The notes under the pieces were generated by a model. That model had not been told where the DNA came from. It saw nothing but the letters and a program-made list of their open reading frames with translations, and did not search any database. The translations under genes and the position numbers were made by a program. Below, in pieces: positions 28,888 to 39,015 of a DNA stretch of 64,000 bases (its first letter is position 1; the number at the start of each line of letters is the position of its first letter). Source of the DNA: Candidatus Binatia bacterium (GTDB taxonomy: Bacteria; Desulfobacterota; Binatia; Bin18); assembly GCA_963664395.2 (NCBI GenBank), contig OY761159.2:704001-768000 (forward strand), given 5' to 3'.

Positions 28888-29772
28888 ATGATTGTGGACG
28901 CATTCGAGTACGCTGCTCCGCAGAATTTACAAGAAGCCGTTGCCTTGCTGTCCGAGGCAAATGGTGAGGCGCGCGCCCTGGCCGGTGGGACCGATCTCAT
29001 TGCCCAGATGAAGGAGAACCGCCGGAGTCCGTCTCTGGTCGTTGATGTCAAAAAAATTCCCGAGTTGAATGTTCTCTCTTATACCACCGGACTCCGCATT
29101 GGGGCGGCCGTGTCGTGTACGCAGATCGCAGGTTTTGAGCCAGCCACGGCCCACTACCCGGCCCTGGCCGAGGCCTGCGCCCTGGTCGGGTCGTATCAGA
29201 TACAGAACCGCGCCGCGCTGGGCGGAAACTTTTGTAACGCAGCCCCATCGGCTGATGCCGTTCCGCCGGCTTTATCCTATGGAGCGACGCTGGTGATTGT
29301 CGGGTCGAACGGACAGCGGGAGATTCCGGCAGAGGATTTTTTTGTCGGACCGGGCCAGACCGTGCTTGAAAAAGGCGAAGTCCTGGTCGAGATTGCGCTG
29401 CCCCCTCCCCCCCCGCATTCCGGGGCGGCCTACCTCCGTTTTATCCCCCGCGAAGAGATGGACATTGCGGTTGCCGGGGTTGGCTCGTTTGTCCAACTCC
29501 ACCCGGACGCGCACACCTGTGAGCAGGCCCGCATCTCGCTCGCCGCAGTGGCCCCCACTCCCGTCCGGGCAAAAGAGGCAGAGGCGTTTTTAGCGGGTAG
29601 ACATTTGGATGACACAACGATTGCACACGCCGGAGAGCTGGCGTCCCAGGCCGCCAGCCCGATCTCCGATGTGCGTGGCTCGGCTGCCTATCGTATTGAA
29701 TTGATAAAGGTACTGACACGGCGCACGCTGGGGAAGGCGCTGGCAAGAACACTGGAAAGAGCGAGAGGGTAA
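28888..29772 (+). CDS. Xanthine dehydrogenase family FAD-binding (CoxM-like) subunit
   Basis: AGGTDL, QIQNRAALGGN.CNAAPSAD and PISDVRGSA.YR motifs. Confidence 0.9.
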   Translation: MIVDAFEYAAPQNLQEAVALLSEANGEARALAGGTDLIAQMKENRRSPSLVVDVKKIPELNVLSYTTGLRIGAAVSCTQIAGFEPATAHYPALAEACALVGSYQIQNRAALGGNFCNAAPSADAVPPALSYGATLVIVGSNGQREIPAEDFFVGPGQTVLEKGEVLVEIALPPPPPHSGAAYLRFIPREEMDIAVAGVGSFVQLHPDAHTCEQARISLAAVAPTPVRAKEAEAFLAGRHLDDTTIAHAGELASQAASPISDVRGSAAYRIELIKVLTRRTLGKALARTLERARG

Positions 29773-29777
29773 CCATC

Positions 29778-30254
29778 ATGAAACAGGCGATTGAACTGAA
29801 CGTCAACGGCGAACCGCACGACGCGCTGGTCGATACGCGTGAAACGCTGCTGGACACCCTGCGTTACAAGCTGGGATTCATGGGGCCAAAGGAAGGCTGT
29901 GGCAACGGCAACTGCGGAGCCTGCACGGTCGTCTTGAACGGCGCGGTCGTCAATGCCTGCCTCGTGTTCGCGGTAGAAGCTGCCGGCGCAGACGTGACCA
30001 CGGTCGAGGGCGTTGCGGCTGAGGGCAATCTCCACCCCGTGCAGCAGGCTTTTATTGAACACGGTGGTTTGCAGTGCGGGTTTTGTACGCCGGGTTTTAT
30101 CATGTCGGCCAAGGCATTATTGGAGCGCAACCCCAACCCGAGCGAATCCGAGATTCGTTTGGCGATTTCCGGCAACCTGTGCCGCTGTACAGGCTATGAC
30201 AAAATTGTCCGGGCGATTCAGGCCGCGTCGCAGGCTCTTTCACAAACTGCATGA
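29778..30254 (+). CDS. Xanthine dehydrogenase family (2Fe-2S) (CoxS-like) subunit
   Basis: KEGC..GNCGACTV, QCGFCTPG and GNLCRCTGY motifs. Confidence 0.93.
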   Translation: MKQAIELNVNGEPHDALVDTRETLLDTLRYKLGFMGPKEGCGNGNCGACTVVLNGAVVNACLVFAVEAAGADVTTVEGVAAEGNLHPVQQAFIEHGGLQCGFCTPGFIMSAKALLERNPNPSESEIRLAISGNLCRCTGYDKIVRAIQAASQALSQTA

Positions 30255-30265
30255 GGAGGGACAGC

Positions 30266-32566
30266 ATGGCTCAGTATAGTGTGATTGGAACGTCTCTGGC
30301 CAAAGTTGATGCCCCGGAGCGGGTCACGGGCAAAGCGGCCTATGGTGCGGACCTCAATCTGCCTGGCATGCTGTGGGCGAAGCTCGTCCGTAGCCCGCAT
30401 GCCCACGCCCGCATCAAGAAAATTGATACCAGCCGGGCGAAAGCGCTGCCCGGCGTAAAGGCCGTCATTACCGCCCACGACCTGCCGCCCCTGCCAAAAG
30501 GCGCGACCGCTCCCCTGGTGGGAGAAGTCAGCATCGACATGAGCGCCATCCGAGAGATCGTCATGGCCTCGGATAAAGCCCGCTATCACGGTCAGGTCGT
30601 GGCCGCCGTGGCTGCCACTGATCCGTTTATTGCCGAGGAAGCGGCCGGACTGGTTGACGTCGACTATGAACCCCTGCCGGTCGTGGAAGACGTGCTGCAG
30701 GCCATGCAGCCGGATGCCCCGCTCGTCCATGAAGACCTGCATACCCTCGAAGAGGCGACCCAGGAAAAATCCGGCCAGCCGAGTAATGTTTCCACCCATA
30801 TGGTCTATACACGAGGCGATGTTGAGGCCGGTTTCAGAGAGGCCGATGCGGTTATCGAGAAAACGTATAAGACCCAGATGGTCCACCAGGGCTATCTGGA
30901 ACCCCAGGCCTGCGCCGCGCGAGTCGAGCCCAACGGCAGAGTGACATTGTGGACCTCGGCCCAGGGACATTTCACCGTCCGGACCCAACTCGTTACCCTG
31001 CTCGGTCTTCCCGCCAGCCAGTTGAATGTCGTGCCCATGGAGATCGGGGGCGGATTTGGCGGGAAAGCCCTGGCGCTGTTTGAACCAACCGCTATTGTCC
31101 TGGCCCAAAAGACCAGCCGACCGGTCAAACTCGTTATCTCCCGAGAAGAGGTGCTGCGCGCAACCGGCCCCGGTGCTCCTGCGGTCATCACGGTCAAGGC
31201 CGGCGCGACAAAAGACGGGAAGATTACCGCGCTGACGACGACCATGCGGTACGATGCCGGCGCATTTCCCGGCTCGCCGGTCGCCCGCGGTCTGCTGGTT
31301 GGTTTAGCGCCGTATAAATTGGCCAATATGGTTGCCGAAGGGTTTGACGTACTGACCAACAAGCCCCGCGTTCAAGCCTACCGCGCCCCTGGCGGTACGC
31401 CGGCAGCCTTTGCGGTTGAAGCGCTCATGGATGCACTGGCGGATGAGATCGGCATCGATCCCCTGGCCTTTCGTCAGAAAAATGCAGCCGAAGAAGGCGA
31501 TCTCCTGCCGCTGGGCATGCCGCTCAACCGCGTCGGCTTGACCGAGATGCTGAAACAGATTGAGGCGCATCCGTGCTGGACCACGCCGCTGGAGGGACCC
31601 CACCGCGGACGGGGGTTGGCCTTGGGCTACTGGATCGGTGGCTCCTTCACATCGAGTGCCGAGATCAAGATCAATCCTGACGCGACCGTCTCCATCTTTG
31701 TTGGCACCGTTGATCTGACCGGTACCCGTACAACTATTTTACAGATGGTGGCCGACGAACTTCAGCTTAACCCTAAAGATATTACCATCACGGTTGGTGA
31801 TACCGACACCGCGCCTTTTGCTGACCTGAGTGGCGGCAGTCGGATTACCTACACGATGAGTGTGGCGGCCCATCAGGCCAGTCAGGATGTGTTGGCACAG
31901 CTCAAAGAACGCGCCGCCGAAAAGCTCAAAGTGTCAGCCGCTGAGGTTGAGTATCAAGCAAAACGTTTCTGGGTAAAAAACGATTCCAAGAACGAGGTCG
32001 GCCTCGCAGAACTGGCCCGAGAGAGTGTCTCCTGGGGCAGCGGGCCTATCATCGGCAAAGGCAGTACAACCCGGATGCAGCCGGCCCACGCGTATGCGGC
32101 CCATGTCGCTGATGTCGAGATCGATCCGGATACGGGCAAGGTAACCATCCTGCGCTATACCTGCTTCCAGGATGTCGGCAAAGCCATTAATCCAATCCAG
32201 GTTGAAGGGCAGATCCAGGGTGGAGCCGTGCAGGGCATTGGGTGGGCGCTGAATGAAGAATATATTTTTGATAACGGCGAGCTGCAAAACGCCAGTCTGC
32301 TGGACTATCGTTGTCCGGTGGCGCTTGACCTGCCCATGATCGAAACCGTTCTGATCGAAGTCCCCGCCTCAGAGGGCCCGTATGGGCTGCGCGGAGTCGG
32401 AGAAGTGCCCATCGTTCCACCGGGCGCCGCCCTGGCAAATGCGATCTACCGCGCCACCGGCACCCGGCTGTACGAATTGCCCATGAATCCGGAACGGATT
32501 TTTTGGGCTACGCACGGCAATGGCGCAAACGGGTCGCATAAGCCAAATGGATCAGACGGATCGTAG
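30266..32566 (+). CDS. Xanthine dehydrogenase family molybdopterin-binding large subunit
   Basis: RSPHAHARI, IGGGFGGK, AYRAPG, VEGQIQGG..QGIG and GVGE motifs. Confidence 0.92.
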   Translation: MAQYSVIGTSLAKVDAPERVTGKAAYGADLNLPGMLWAKLVRSPHAHARIKKIDTSRAKALPGVKAVITAHDLPPLPKGATAPLVGEVSIDMSAIREIVMASDKARYHGQVVAAVAATDPFIAEEAAGLVDVDYEPLPVVEDVLQAMQPDAPLVHEDLHTLEEATQEKSGQPSNVSTHMVYTRGDVEAGFREADAVIEKTYKTQMVHQGYLEPQACAARVEPNGRVTLWTSAQGHFTVRTQLVTLLGLPASQLNVVPMEIGGGFGGKALALFEPTAIVLAQKTSRPVKLVISREEVLRATGPGAPAVITVKAGATKDGKITALTTTMRYDAGAFPGSPVARGLLVGLAPYKLANMVAEGFDVLTNKPRVQAYRAPGGTPAAFAVEALMDALADEIGIDPLAFRQKNAAEEGDLLPLGMPLNRVGLTEMLKQIEAHPCWTTPLEGPHRGRGLALGYWIGGSFTSSAEIKINPDATVSIFVGTVDLTGTRTTILQMVADELQLNPKDITITVGDTDTAPFADLSGGSRITYTMSVAAHQASQDVLAQLKERAAEKLKVSAAEVEYQAKRFWVKNDSKNEVGLAELARESVSWGSGPIIGKGSTTRMQPAHAYAAHVADVEIDPDTGKVTILRYTCFQDVGKAINPIQVEGQIQGGAVQGIGWALNEEYIFDNGELQNASLLDYRCPVALDLPMIETVLIEVPASEGPYGLRGVGEVPIVPPGAALANAIYRATGTRLYELPMNPERIFWATHGNGANGSHKPNGSDGS

Positions 32567-32647
32567 AGGTCCGCGGTGTTGCCTTGTAGAGGCGGTCCCG
32601 TTTTCCGCTGCCGCCGCCGAGCATCTTGCGGGCGGGAGCGACCGGCA

Positions 32648-34009
32648 CTACTCCGCGGTACTGTCACTACCCGTGAACACGATGTAGCCGGCCGCCTCTT
32701 GGGCTTTGATCCGCTCCTCAAGTATGTCCGAGAGGAGGATCTTGCGCTCTTGGGGGAATTTATCCCGATAGAGATGGGGGCGCAGAAAAAATTCCTCGGG
32801 AGTCCGAACCCCGGACTGTGTTTTGAGCGGTGCCGGGAACCAGGTGCGGCGCATAAAGTCGGGGTTAAAAAAGACATCCTTGTCTTCCTGTGTCCAGGCC
32901 CGCATTTCCTGCGCATCATGGATTCCGTAGGAATAAAAATCCTGCTGCGGGTCCCACCATAAAGTAATCAGATTGTGATAACCACGTTCTTTGAGGCGCG
33001 GATTCATGAGTGCCGCGAGCCGCTCTTCCAGCAAGACCAGCTCTCCTTTTTTTCCATACAGCTCGGTCCGTAGCGGATAGAAAGCGTGCTGGTCTACCCA
33101 GAACAGGATACGCGGAACGTAGTAATCCGGAATCCAGTCCTGTTTGGCCGTGGCTTCTACCAGGTAGCAGCCTACCCCGCCATCTTCTCTATAGTGAGCA
33201 TACTCATCGCCCATCAGCTTCAACTCATGGGCCGCCACGTCGCGAAAAGACCCGTCCTCATTGCGCAGGGTGATGGACTGCCGTGTTTTCGGAAATCGGG
33301 CGGTCTCATATAAAACGTCAGTGCCCAGCAGCCGCCAGGAAAACTCCCAGGCGTCTCGCCCGAGAAAGTCATCATAGGCCATGGGTTGGTTGGGGAATTT
33401 GTCCTGACGACGGGGTTGGGGGAAACGGCGCACTCTGCGCAGGGTTGGAGAATAGCCGAACACGTCGGCCTTTTTTGTGGTCTGCCGGTCCGTACGGGAC
33501 GTGATGAACAGCAGTTGGTTGCCTCGATTTTCCGGGGGGGCAACATCTTGTGCCAGCCAGCGCGAATAGACCTCGCCCGGTTTGGCGGTGAGTTGTCCGA
33601 CCAGCCCTTCGGGGGCGCGGTGGTGAATCAGGGTGATAATCTGATTGATGAAAAGATAGCCGGTGGGAGTCAGGGTTCCGGAATCCTCAATCTGCACACA
33701 GTCCCAGCGCGGCATGTGAGGGAACTCCATAATCCGATAGCCTATTTCTTCGGCTGTATAGGGTGGCTTGAACGGATAGGGTTCTGCCGGCATATACGGG
33801 AAGCCTGCGTGTCGGGGCGCGTCAGTTGAAAAATCGAGGCGGGCGAGTTCCTCTTCAGAAAGCTCGGCTATTGTTCGCCAGGTCCGACTGTCATTGTCCT
33901 CAGCCGAAACCGCTCTGTCAGGGATACCCCCAAGCCAGACACCCAAGAAGAGTATTCCCCATAGCCAGCGGTGCAGGATGAAGATCGCATCGGTCTTCCC
34001 TCTCGACAT
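32648..34009 (-). CDS. DUF1329/outer-membrane lipoprotein-sorting-like exported protein
   Basis: Signal peptide, Y.PTLRRVRR, DDF.GRD and W.LLG motifs. Confidence 0.7.
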   Translation of the reverse strand: MSRGKTDAIFILHRWLWGILFLGVWLGGIPDRAVSAEDNDSRTWRTIAELSEEELARLDFSTDAPRHAGFPYMPAEPYPFKPPYTAEEIGYRIMEFPHMPRWDCVQIEDSGTLTPTGYLFINQIITLIHHRAPEGLVGQLTAKPGEVYSRWLAQDVAPPENRGNQLLFITSRTDRQTTKKADVFGYSPTLRRVRRFPQPRRQDKFPNQPMAYDDFLGRDAWEFSWRLLGTDVLYETARFPKTRQSITLRNEDGSFRDVAAHELKLMGDEYAHYREDGGVGCYLVEATAKQDWIPDYYVPRILFWVDQHAFYPLRTELYGKKGELVLLEERLAALMNPRLKERGYHNLITLWWDPQQDFYSYGIHDAQEMRAWTQEDKDVFFNPDFMRRTWFPAPLKTQSGVRTPEEFFLRPHLYRDKFPQERKILLSDILEERIKAQEAAGYIVFTGSDSTAE

Positions 34010-34117
34010 ACGTCCCTCCTTTCCAAGGCAGGTAGCCTTACCATACTCAGCATGAGAAGGGGAGAGGTTGAGGAGAATAGTTGTCGAGTTGCGCTCCCCC
34101 GATCTGCAATCTGAGTA

Positions 34118-34711
34118 TTATGCGACAGGAAATGCAGGAAATGCAGGAAATGCAGGAAATATCTGATGCGTAATGAAAATGTCAGCATCCTGCCGAGCAA
34201 AGAAAACCAAATGGATTTCTTTGAGAGAAGCGTTGGCCGCTAAGAGGTCGGCAATTGCCCGCGAGGCAACTGCCGCGGCCTCTTCACGCGGATAGCCGTA
34301 CACGCCGGTGGAGATGGCCGGGAAAGCCAGCGTCGTCAGGGTATGCTGTACGGCCAGCAAGAGCGCATTGCGGTAACAGGCAGCAAGAAGATCAGCCGCC
34401 TGTTCTCCGGCAGCACCATAGACCGGCCCAACCGTATGAATCACATGTTGGGCCGGCATTCGCCCTGCCGTCGTGATGACGGCTTCGCCCGTCGGCAGAC
34501 CATCAGGATAACGAGTCCGCCGCAGTTCCCGACAGGCCGCTACAATATCCGGACCGCCCGCCCGATGAATGGCGCCATCCACACCCCCGCCACCCAGCAA
34601 GGTCGAGTTGGCCGCATTCACCACGGCATCGACCTGCTGTTGGGTAATGTCCCCCACCAGCACGGAAACGCGACCATTAAGAAATGTGGGCAGTATCGAA
34701 TCCTGCGACAT
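34118..34711 (-). CDS. Macro domain O-acetyl-ADP-ribose deacetylase (YmdB-like)
   Basis: GDIT..VDAVVNAAN..LLGGGGVDGAIH.AGG, VIHTVGP and AFPAISTGVYGYP motifs. Confidence 0.93.
   Translation of the reverse strand: MSQDSILPTFLNGRVSVLVGDITQQQVDAVVNAANSTLLGGGGVDGAIHRAGGPDIVAACRELRRTRYPDGLPTGEAVITTAGRMPAQHVIHTVGPVYGAAGEQAADLLAACYRNALLLAVQHTLTTLAFPAISTGVYGYPREEAAAVASRAIADLLAANASLKEIHLVFFARQDADIFITHQIFPAFPAFPAFPVA
34126..34160. repeat. 9-bp tandem repeat (CAGGAAATG)x~4 encoding the FPA repeats at the macro-domain C-terminus
   Basis: caggaaatg x3 + caggaaat read directly. Confidence 0.85.
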
Positions 34712-34744
34712 ACGAGCGGCCTCAAGTAAGGGCCCTCTCTCGAT

Positions 34745-34927
34745 TTAATCTTCCTGAACGGTCAGTGCCCCTGACGGACATTTGGCAACGACTGCCCGGA
34801 CTTCGTCCTCCGGCGCTGCGCTCGGATCGATCACGAACTTCCCGTCTTCGACCTTAAAGACTTGCGGCAGACTCTTCACACAATTCGCCGAATGCGTGCA
34901 GACTTCCTCATCCCAATTCACTTTCAT
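34745..34927 (-). CDS. Small divergent 4Fe-4S protein (YjdI/Fer4_19-like)
   Basis: CTHSANCVK.LP.VF...CPSGAL. GGAGG RBS. Confidence 0.85.
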   Translation of the reverse strand: MKVNWDEEVCTHSANCVKSLPQVFKVEDGKFVIDPSAAPEDEVRAVVAKCPSGALTVQED

Positions 34928-35137
34928 ACTACGCCCTCCCGTATGGTGTTGATTTCCGTACCCTAGCGCTTTCAATAGGCAGTCGGCAAGGCGGCTTTAC
35001 AGCGGCAGGCTGTTTGTGTCACCTCTCACCGCAGGAGCAGATAACAAAAGTCGGCCTTCTGAGGCCCTTGACTGCCTGACTTTTGTGGCATTCCTCGGAC
35101 GAATCTGTTAGAGGAGGGGCAGGAGGGCCAGCACCGT

Positions 35138-35629
35138 ATGAAACAACTCCGCGTGATTACCGATAAATGCACAAGCTGCATGCAGTGCGAGTTGGCTTGT
35201 GCCTTTGTCCAGACCGGGACCTTTCAGCCGTCCCGGTCTGTCATTCGCGTCCACATCTTCGACGAGCAAGCCGTCTACGCGCCCTATACCTGCTTCCAGT
35301 GCGATGAGGCTTGGTGTCTGACGGCCTGTCCGGTGAATGCGATTGCCATTGACCCGGACACAGCAGCGAAAGTCGTGATGGACGATGTGTGTGTCGGCTG
35401 TGCGGTCTGCACGGTTGCCTGCCCCTACGGCACCATGTTCTATAACCCGGATACCCACAAAGCCTTCAAGTGTGACCTGTGTGGCGGCGACCCGGCTTGC
35501 GTCAAGTCCTGCCCGACCGGCGCACTCGAATACGTGGATATGGATCAGCCGGACTGGCTGGCGAGCTGGGCGGACAAAGTCAACCAAGGCTTTCAACATA
35601 TGCAGGACGAAGAAGGAGGCAACGCATGA
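35138..35629 (+). CDS. 4Fe-4S electron-transfer subunit of aldehyde oxidoreductase (AorA-like)
   Basis: Four Cys clusters (CxxCxxC...C, CxxCxxxC..CP). Stop overlaps the AOR start. Confidence 0.9.
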   Translation: MKQLRVITDKCTSCMQCELACAFVQTGTFQPSRSVIRVHIFDEQAVYAPYTCFQCDEAWCLTACPVNAIAIDPDTAAKVVMDDVCVGCAVCTVACPYGTMFYNPDTHKAFKCDLCGGDPACVKSCPTGALEYVDMDQPDWLASWADKVNQGFQHMQDEEGGNA

Positions 35630-37485
35630 GCGCGACGAACATAATGAACGGTTGGGTCGGCACTGTCCTGCGCGTTAATCTGACCACCGGCGCCATCAGC
35701 AAAGAGCCGCTGAATGCCGAATGGGCCAGAGACTATGTCGGCGGCCGCGGGCTCGGCGTCAAATATCTCTACGAAGAGATGGACCCCAGTGTCGATCCGT
35801 TCAGCCCGGATAACAAAATGATCTTTGCCACCGGTCCGCTGACAGGCACCAACGCCTCGTGTGGCGCACGCTATATGGTCGTCACCAAGGGCGCGCTGAC
35901 CAATGCCATTACCACCTCGAATTCCGGCGGCTTCTGGGGACCGGAAATGAAATTCGCCGGCTATGACATGATCATCCTGGAGGGCAAGGCCGAGAAGCCG
36001 TCTTATCTATGGATATATGACGACCGGGTTGAACTGCGTGACGCGACCCACCTGTGGGGCAAGACGGTCTGGCAAACTGAAGAAAAGTTGCGCGTCGAAC
36101 TCGGCGTGCCGGATTCCATCATCGCCAGCATCGGCCCGGCAGGAGAAAATCTAGTCCGCTTTGCCTGCATTATGAACGACCTGCACCGGGCCGCGGGCCG
36201 GTCCGGCGTGGGCGCGGTCATGGGCTCCAAGAATCTCAAGGCGATTGCTCTGCGCGGAACCGGCGGGGTGTCCTTGGCCGACCCGCAAGCCTATATGGAA
36301 GGCCAATGGGCCATGAAGGAGAAGCTGCGGCAGTCGCCCGTGACCGCCGAGGGCCTGCCCATGTACGGTACGGAAGTGCTGGTCAACGTGATTAACGAAC
36401 ACGGCGCACTGCCGACTCGCAATCACCAGGAAACTGTCTTTGCAGAGGCCGAAAACATCAGCGGCGAAACCCTGACCGAGACCCGCCTGGTTGCCAATAA
36501 AGCCTGTTTTGCCTGCACCATCGCCTGTGGCCGGGTCAGTACTCTGCCGGGCGAAGCCGCCTCGAAATACTCGGTCACAACGAATCCGCAGAACTGGAAA
36601 ATCGCCGGGGAAGGCCCCGAATACGAAGCCGCCTGGGCCATGGGCTCCGAATGTGGAATCGGCGACCTGGACGCGCTTATTAAAGCCAACTGGCTGTGTA
36701 ACGATCTGGGTATGGACTCAATCAGCTTTGGGGCCAGCGTGGCCGCGGCCATGGAGTTGTTCGAGAAGGGCGTGATCACACAGAGTGAAACCGAGATTCC
36801 GATTGAGTTCGGCAGTGCGGAAGCCTTGATCGTCATGGCCGAAAAAACGGCCTACCGCCAGGGCTTTGGCGATGCGATTGCCGAAGGCTCCAAACGCATG
36901 ACCGAGACGCTGGGTCGGCCGGAGTTCTTTATGGGCGTTCGCGGGCAGGAGTTTGCCGCGTATGAAGCCCGTGCCATCCAAGGCATGGGACTCGGCTACG
37001 CGACCTCAAACCGCGGCGCGTGTCATCTGAAAGCCTATACCGTTGCTGCCGAGATTCTCGGCCTACCGCGTCAGATGGACCCGCGCGCCACAGAAGAGAA
37101 AGCCGAGATTACCAAAATATTCCAGGACGCGACCTCAACCGTTGACGCCACCGGCCTGTGCCAGTTTCTCACCTTTGGGGTTGGCCTGGAAGAAATGTTG
37201 CCCCAACTGTCAGCCGCCACCGGCGTGCCGTATACGCTTGAAGGACTCATGCAAATCGGCGAACGCATCTGGAACCTGGAGCGGCTGTGGAACGAGCGGG
37301 CGGGCTTCACCGGCAAGGACGATACGTTGCCCAAGCGTATTCTGGAAGAGCCCATCCCGTCCGGCCCGGCCAAGGGCGAGGTCAACCGCCTGGGTGAAAT
37401 GCTGCCCGAGTACTACGAACTGCGAGGCTGGGATAAGGACGGCATCATCTCCGAAGCAAAGAAGAAAGAGTTGGGGCTGGAGTAA
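35626..37485 (+). CDS. aor: Tungsten aldehyde:ferredoxin oxidoreductase (AorB-like)
   Basis: GPLTGT, SNSGG.WG.E.K.AGYD, AAGRSGVGAVMGSKNLKA, CFACTIAC, GPEYE and NRGACH motifs. Confidence 0.93.
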   Translation: MSATNIMNGWVGTVLRVNLTTGAISKEPLNAEWARDYVGGRGLGVKYLYEEMDPSVDPFSPDNKMIFATGPLTGTNASCGARYMVVTKGALTNAITTSNSGGFWGPEMKFAGYDMIILEGKAEKPSYLWIYDDRVELRDATHLWGKTVWQTEEKLRVELGVPDSIIASIGPAGENLVRFACIMNDLHRAAGRSGVGAVMGSKNLKAIALRGTGGVSLADPQAYMEGQWAMKEKLRQSPVTAEGLPMYGTEVLVNVINEHGALPTRNHQETVFAEAENISGETLTETRLVANKACFACTIACGRVSTLPGEAASKYSVTTNPQNWKIAGEGPEYEAAWAMGSECGIGDLDALIKANWLCNDLGMDSISFGASVAAAMELFEKGVITQSETEIPIEFGSAEALIVMAEKTAYRQGFGDAIAEGSKRMTETLGRPEFFMGVRGQEFAAYEARAIQGMGLGYATSNRGACHLKAYTVAAEILGLPRQMDPRATEEKAEITKIFQDATSTVDATGLCQFLTFGVGLEEMLPQLSAATGVPYTLEGLMQIGERIWNLERLWNERAGFTGKDDTLPKRILEEPIPSGPAKGEVNRLGEMLPEYYELRGWDKDGIISEAKKKELGLE

Positions 37486-37495
37486 AATATTCAGG

Positions 37496-37527
37496 CCCCC
37501 TAACCCTCTCCCACCAGGGGAGAGGGA
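37496..37527. repeat. CCCTCTCCC-N5-GGGAGAGGG palindromic intergenic repeat
   Basis: Perfect 9-bp stem. A related purine/pyrimidine palindrome lies at ~25196-25214. Confidence 0.55.
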
Positions 37528-37563
37528 ATAAGAATCGAAGAGGCGACCGTAGAAAGAAGAGCC

Positions 37564-39012
37564 ATGGCACAACATATCATTATTGGTGGGGGACCGGCCG
37601 GAGTGGCGGCGGCGGAGACGCTCCGCGCCACCGCAGGCCCTGAGGCGGAGATTACGCTCATCTCCAACGAGCCGGCCTACTCGCGCATGGTCCTGCCCTA
37701 CTATCTGGCGAACGATATTCCGGAGCGGCATGTGCTGACCGGAGACGCGGCCTATTTTGAAAAGCATGGCATTGCATCCGTGTCCGGTCAGGTTGAGCAC
37801 CTCGATGCCCAAGCCCGCACAGTCACACTCGGTGACGGCTCAAGCCACGCGTTTGATACCTTACTCATCGCCACCGGCTCTTCGGCCCAGCGTCCTCCCA
37901 TTTCCGGCATTGATCAGGAAGGCGTGTACACATTCTGGACGCTCGCAGATGCAAAACAGGTCATGGCCAAAGCGCAAGGCACGCCCAGGGCGGTACTCGT
38001 AGGTGCCGGCTTTATTGGCTTCATTGTCCTGAACGCCATGGCCAAGTTGGGCTGGAATCTCTCAGTGGTCGAAACCGAGCCGCAGGTCCTCCCGCGCATG
38101 CTCGACGCCACCGGCGCGGAAGCGGTCGGAGGCTGGCTGGCGGACCGGGATGTGGCCGTTCATACCGGCGCCCAAGTCCAAAGCATCACCCGTGAGGACG
38201 AGACCCTCAGCCTGTCGCTGAGCAGCGGTGCAAGCCTGAGTGCGGATATTGTCATTTTGGCCACAGGCATTCAGCCCAACCTGGGATTTCTCAACGGCTC
38301 CGGCATTCACATTGACGGCGGCATTGTGGTGGATGACCGCATGCAAACCAATATCCCCGGCATCTACGCGGCAGGTGATGTCGCGGCCGGACCGGAACTG
38401 TTGAACGGCTCGGCCGCGGTTCATGCGATTCAACCAACCGCCGTGGACCACGGCCGGATTGCCGGCGCCAATATGGCCGGCAAAGAGACGCACTATCCGG
38501 GCAGCCTGCTGCTCAACGTATTGGATGTCATCAATCTGCACTGCGCCAGCTTTGGCCAGTGGCGCACAGATGAGACAGATGCGACAGATGGGAATGACTC
38601 GATCACAACAATCTGGAACCCGACACGACCGATTTATCGCAAATACGTCTGGCACGGGGACCGCATGATCGGGGCGCTGTTTGTCGGACCGATTGACGAC
38701 GTCACCATGCTGAACGACGTTGGTATGGTCAAAGGACTCATTCAGACGAAGCTAGCCCTGGGAAACTGGGCGGACTACGTAAAAGAGAACCCGACCGATG
38801 TGCGTCGAGCCTATGTCGCGACCGGCGTAGCGCAGAAACTGGTCGGTCAAACACTCTTAGGCGCACCCGCCACAGCGCGTGCCTACCGGGTAGACGGTAA
38901 AACGCCCCAAGCCTGGCAAAAAGACTCGCACGCACCCCTCATCGGTTCACGGCCAGACACGCTGGATACGCTCCCGCGAACACCGACCCCAGGCATTGGA
39001 AAGGGTGAATAA
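37564..39012 (+). CDS. FAD/NAD-dependent oxidoreductase (AorC-like)
   Basis: GGGPAG, IATGS, GAGFIG and IYAAGDVA motifs. Lies in the AOR operon. Confidence 0.9.
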   Translation: MAQHIIIGGGPAGVAAAETLRATAGPEAEITLISNEPAYSRMVLPYYLANDIPERHVLTGDAAYFEKHGIASVSGQVEHLDAQARTVTLGDGSSHAFDTLLIATGSSAQRPPISGIDQEGVYTFWTLADAKQVMAKAQGTPRAVLVGAGFIGFIVLNAMAKLGWNLSVVETEPQVLPRMLDATGAEAVGGWLADRDVAVHTGAQVQSITREDETLSLSLSSGASLSADIVILATGIQPNLGFLNGSGIHIDGGIVVDDRMQTNIPGIYAAGDVAAGPELLNGSAAVHAIQPTAVDHGRIAGANMAGKETHYPGSLLLNVLDVINLHCASFGQWRTDETDATDGNDSITTIWNPTRPIYRKYVWHGDRMIGALFVGPIDDVTMLNDVGMVKGLIQTKLALGNWADYVKENPTDVRRAYVATGVAQKLVGQTLLGAPATARAYRVDGKTPQAWQKDSHAPLIGSRPDTLDTLPRTPTPGIGKGE

Positions 39013-39015
39013 TCG

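Noticed and set aside
30266-32566. Aerobic CO dehydrogenase (coxMSL)
   Set aside because: The active-site loop is AYRAPG, not AYxCSFR (form I) or AYxGAGR (form II).
32586-32651. Degenerate GTAG...CTAC REP-like element between convergent genes
   Set aside because: Pairing is too imperfect to support a call.
34118-34927. Macro domain gene as part of an ADP-ribosylation toxin or defence system
   Set aside because: It is an ordinary YmdB-like protein with no ADP-ribosyltransferase or sirtuin neighbour.
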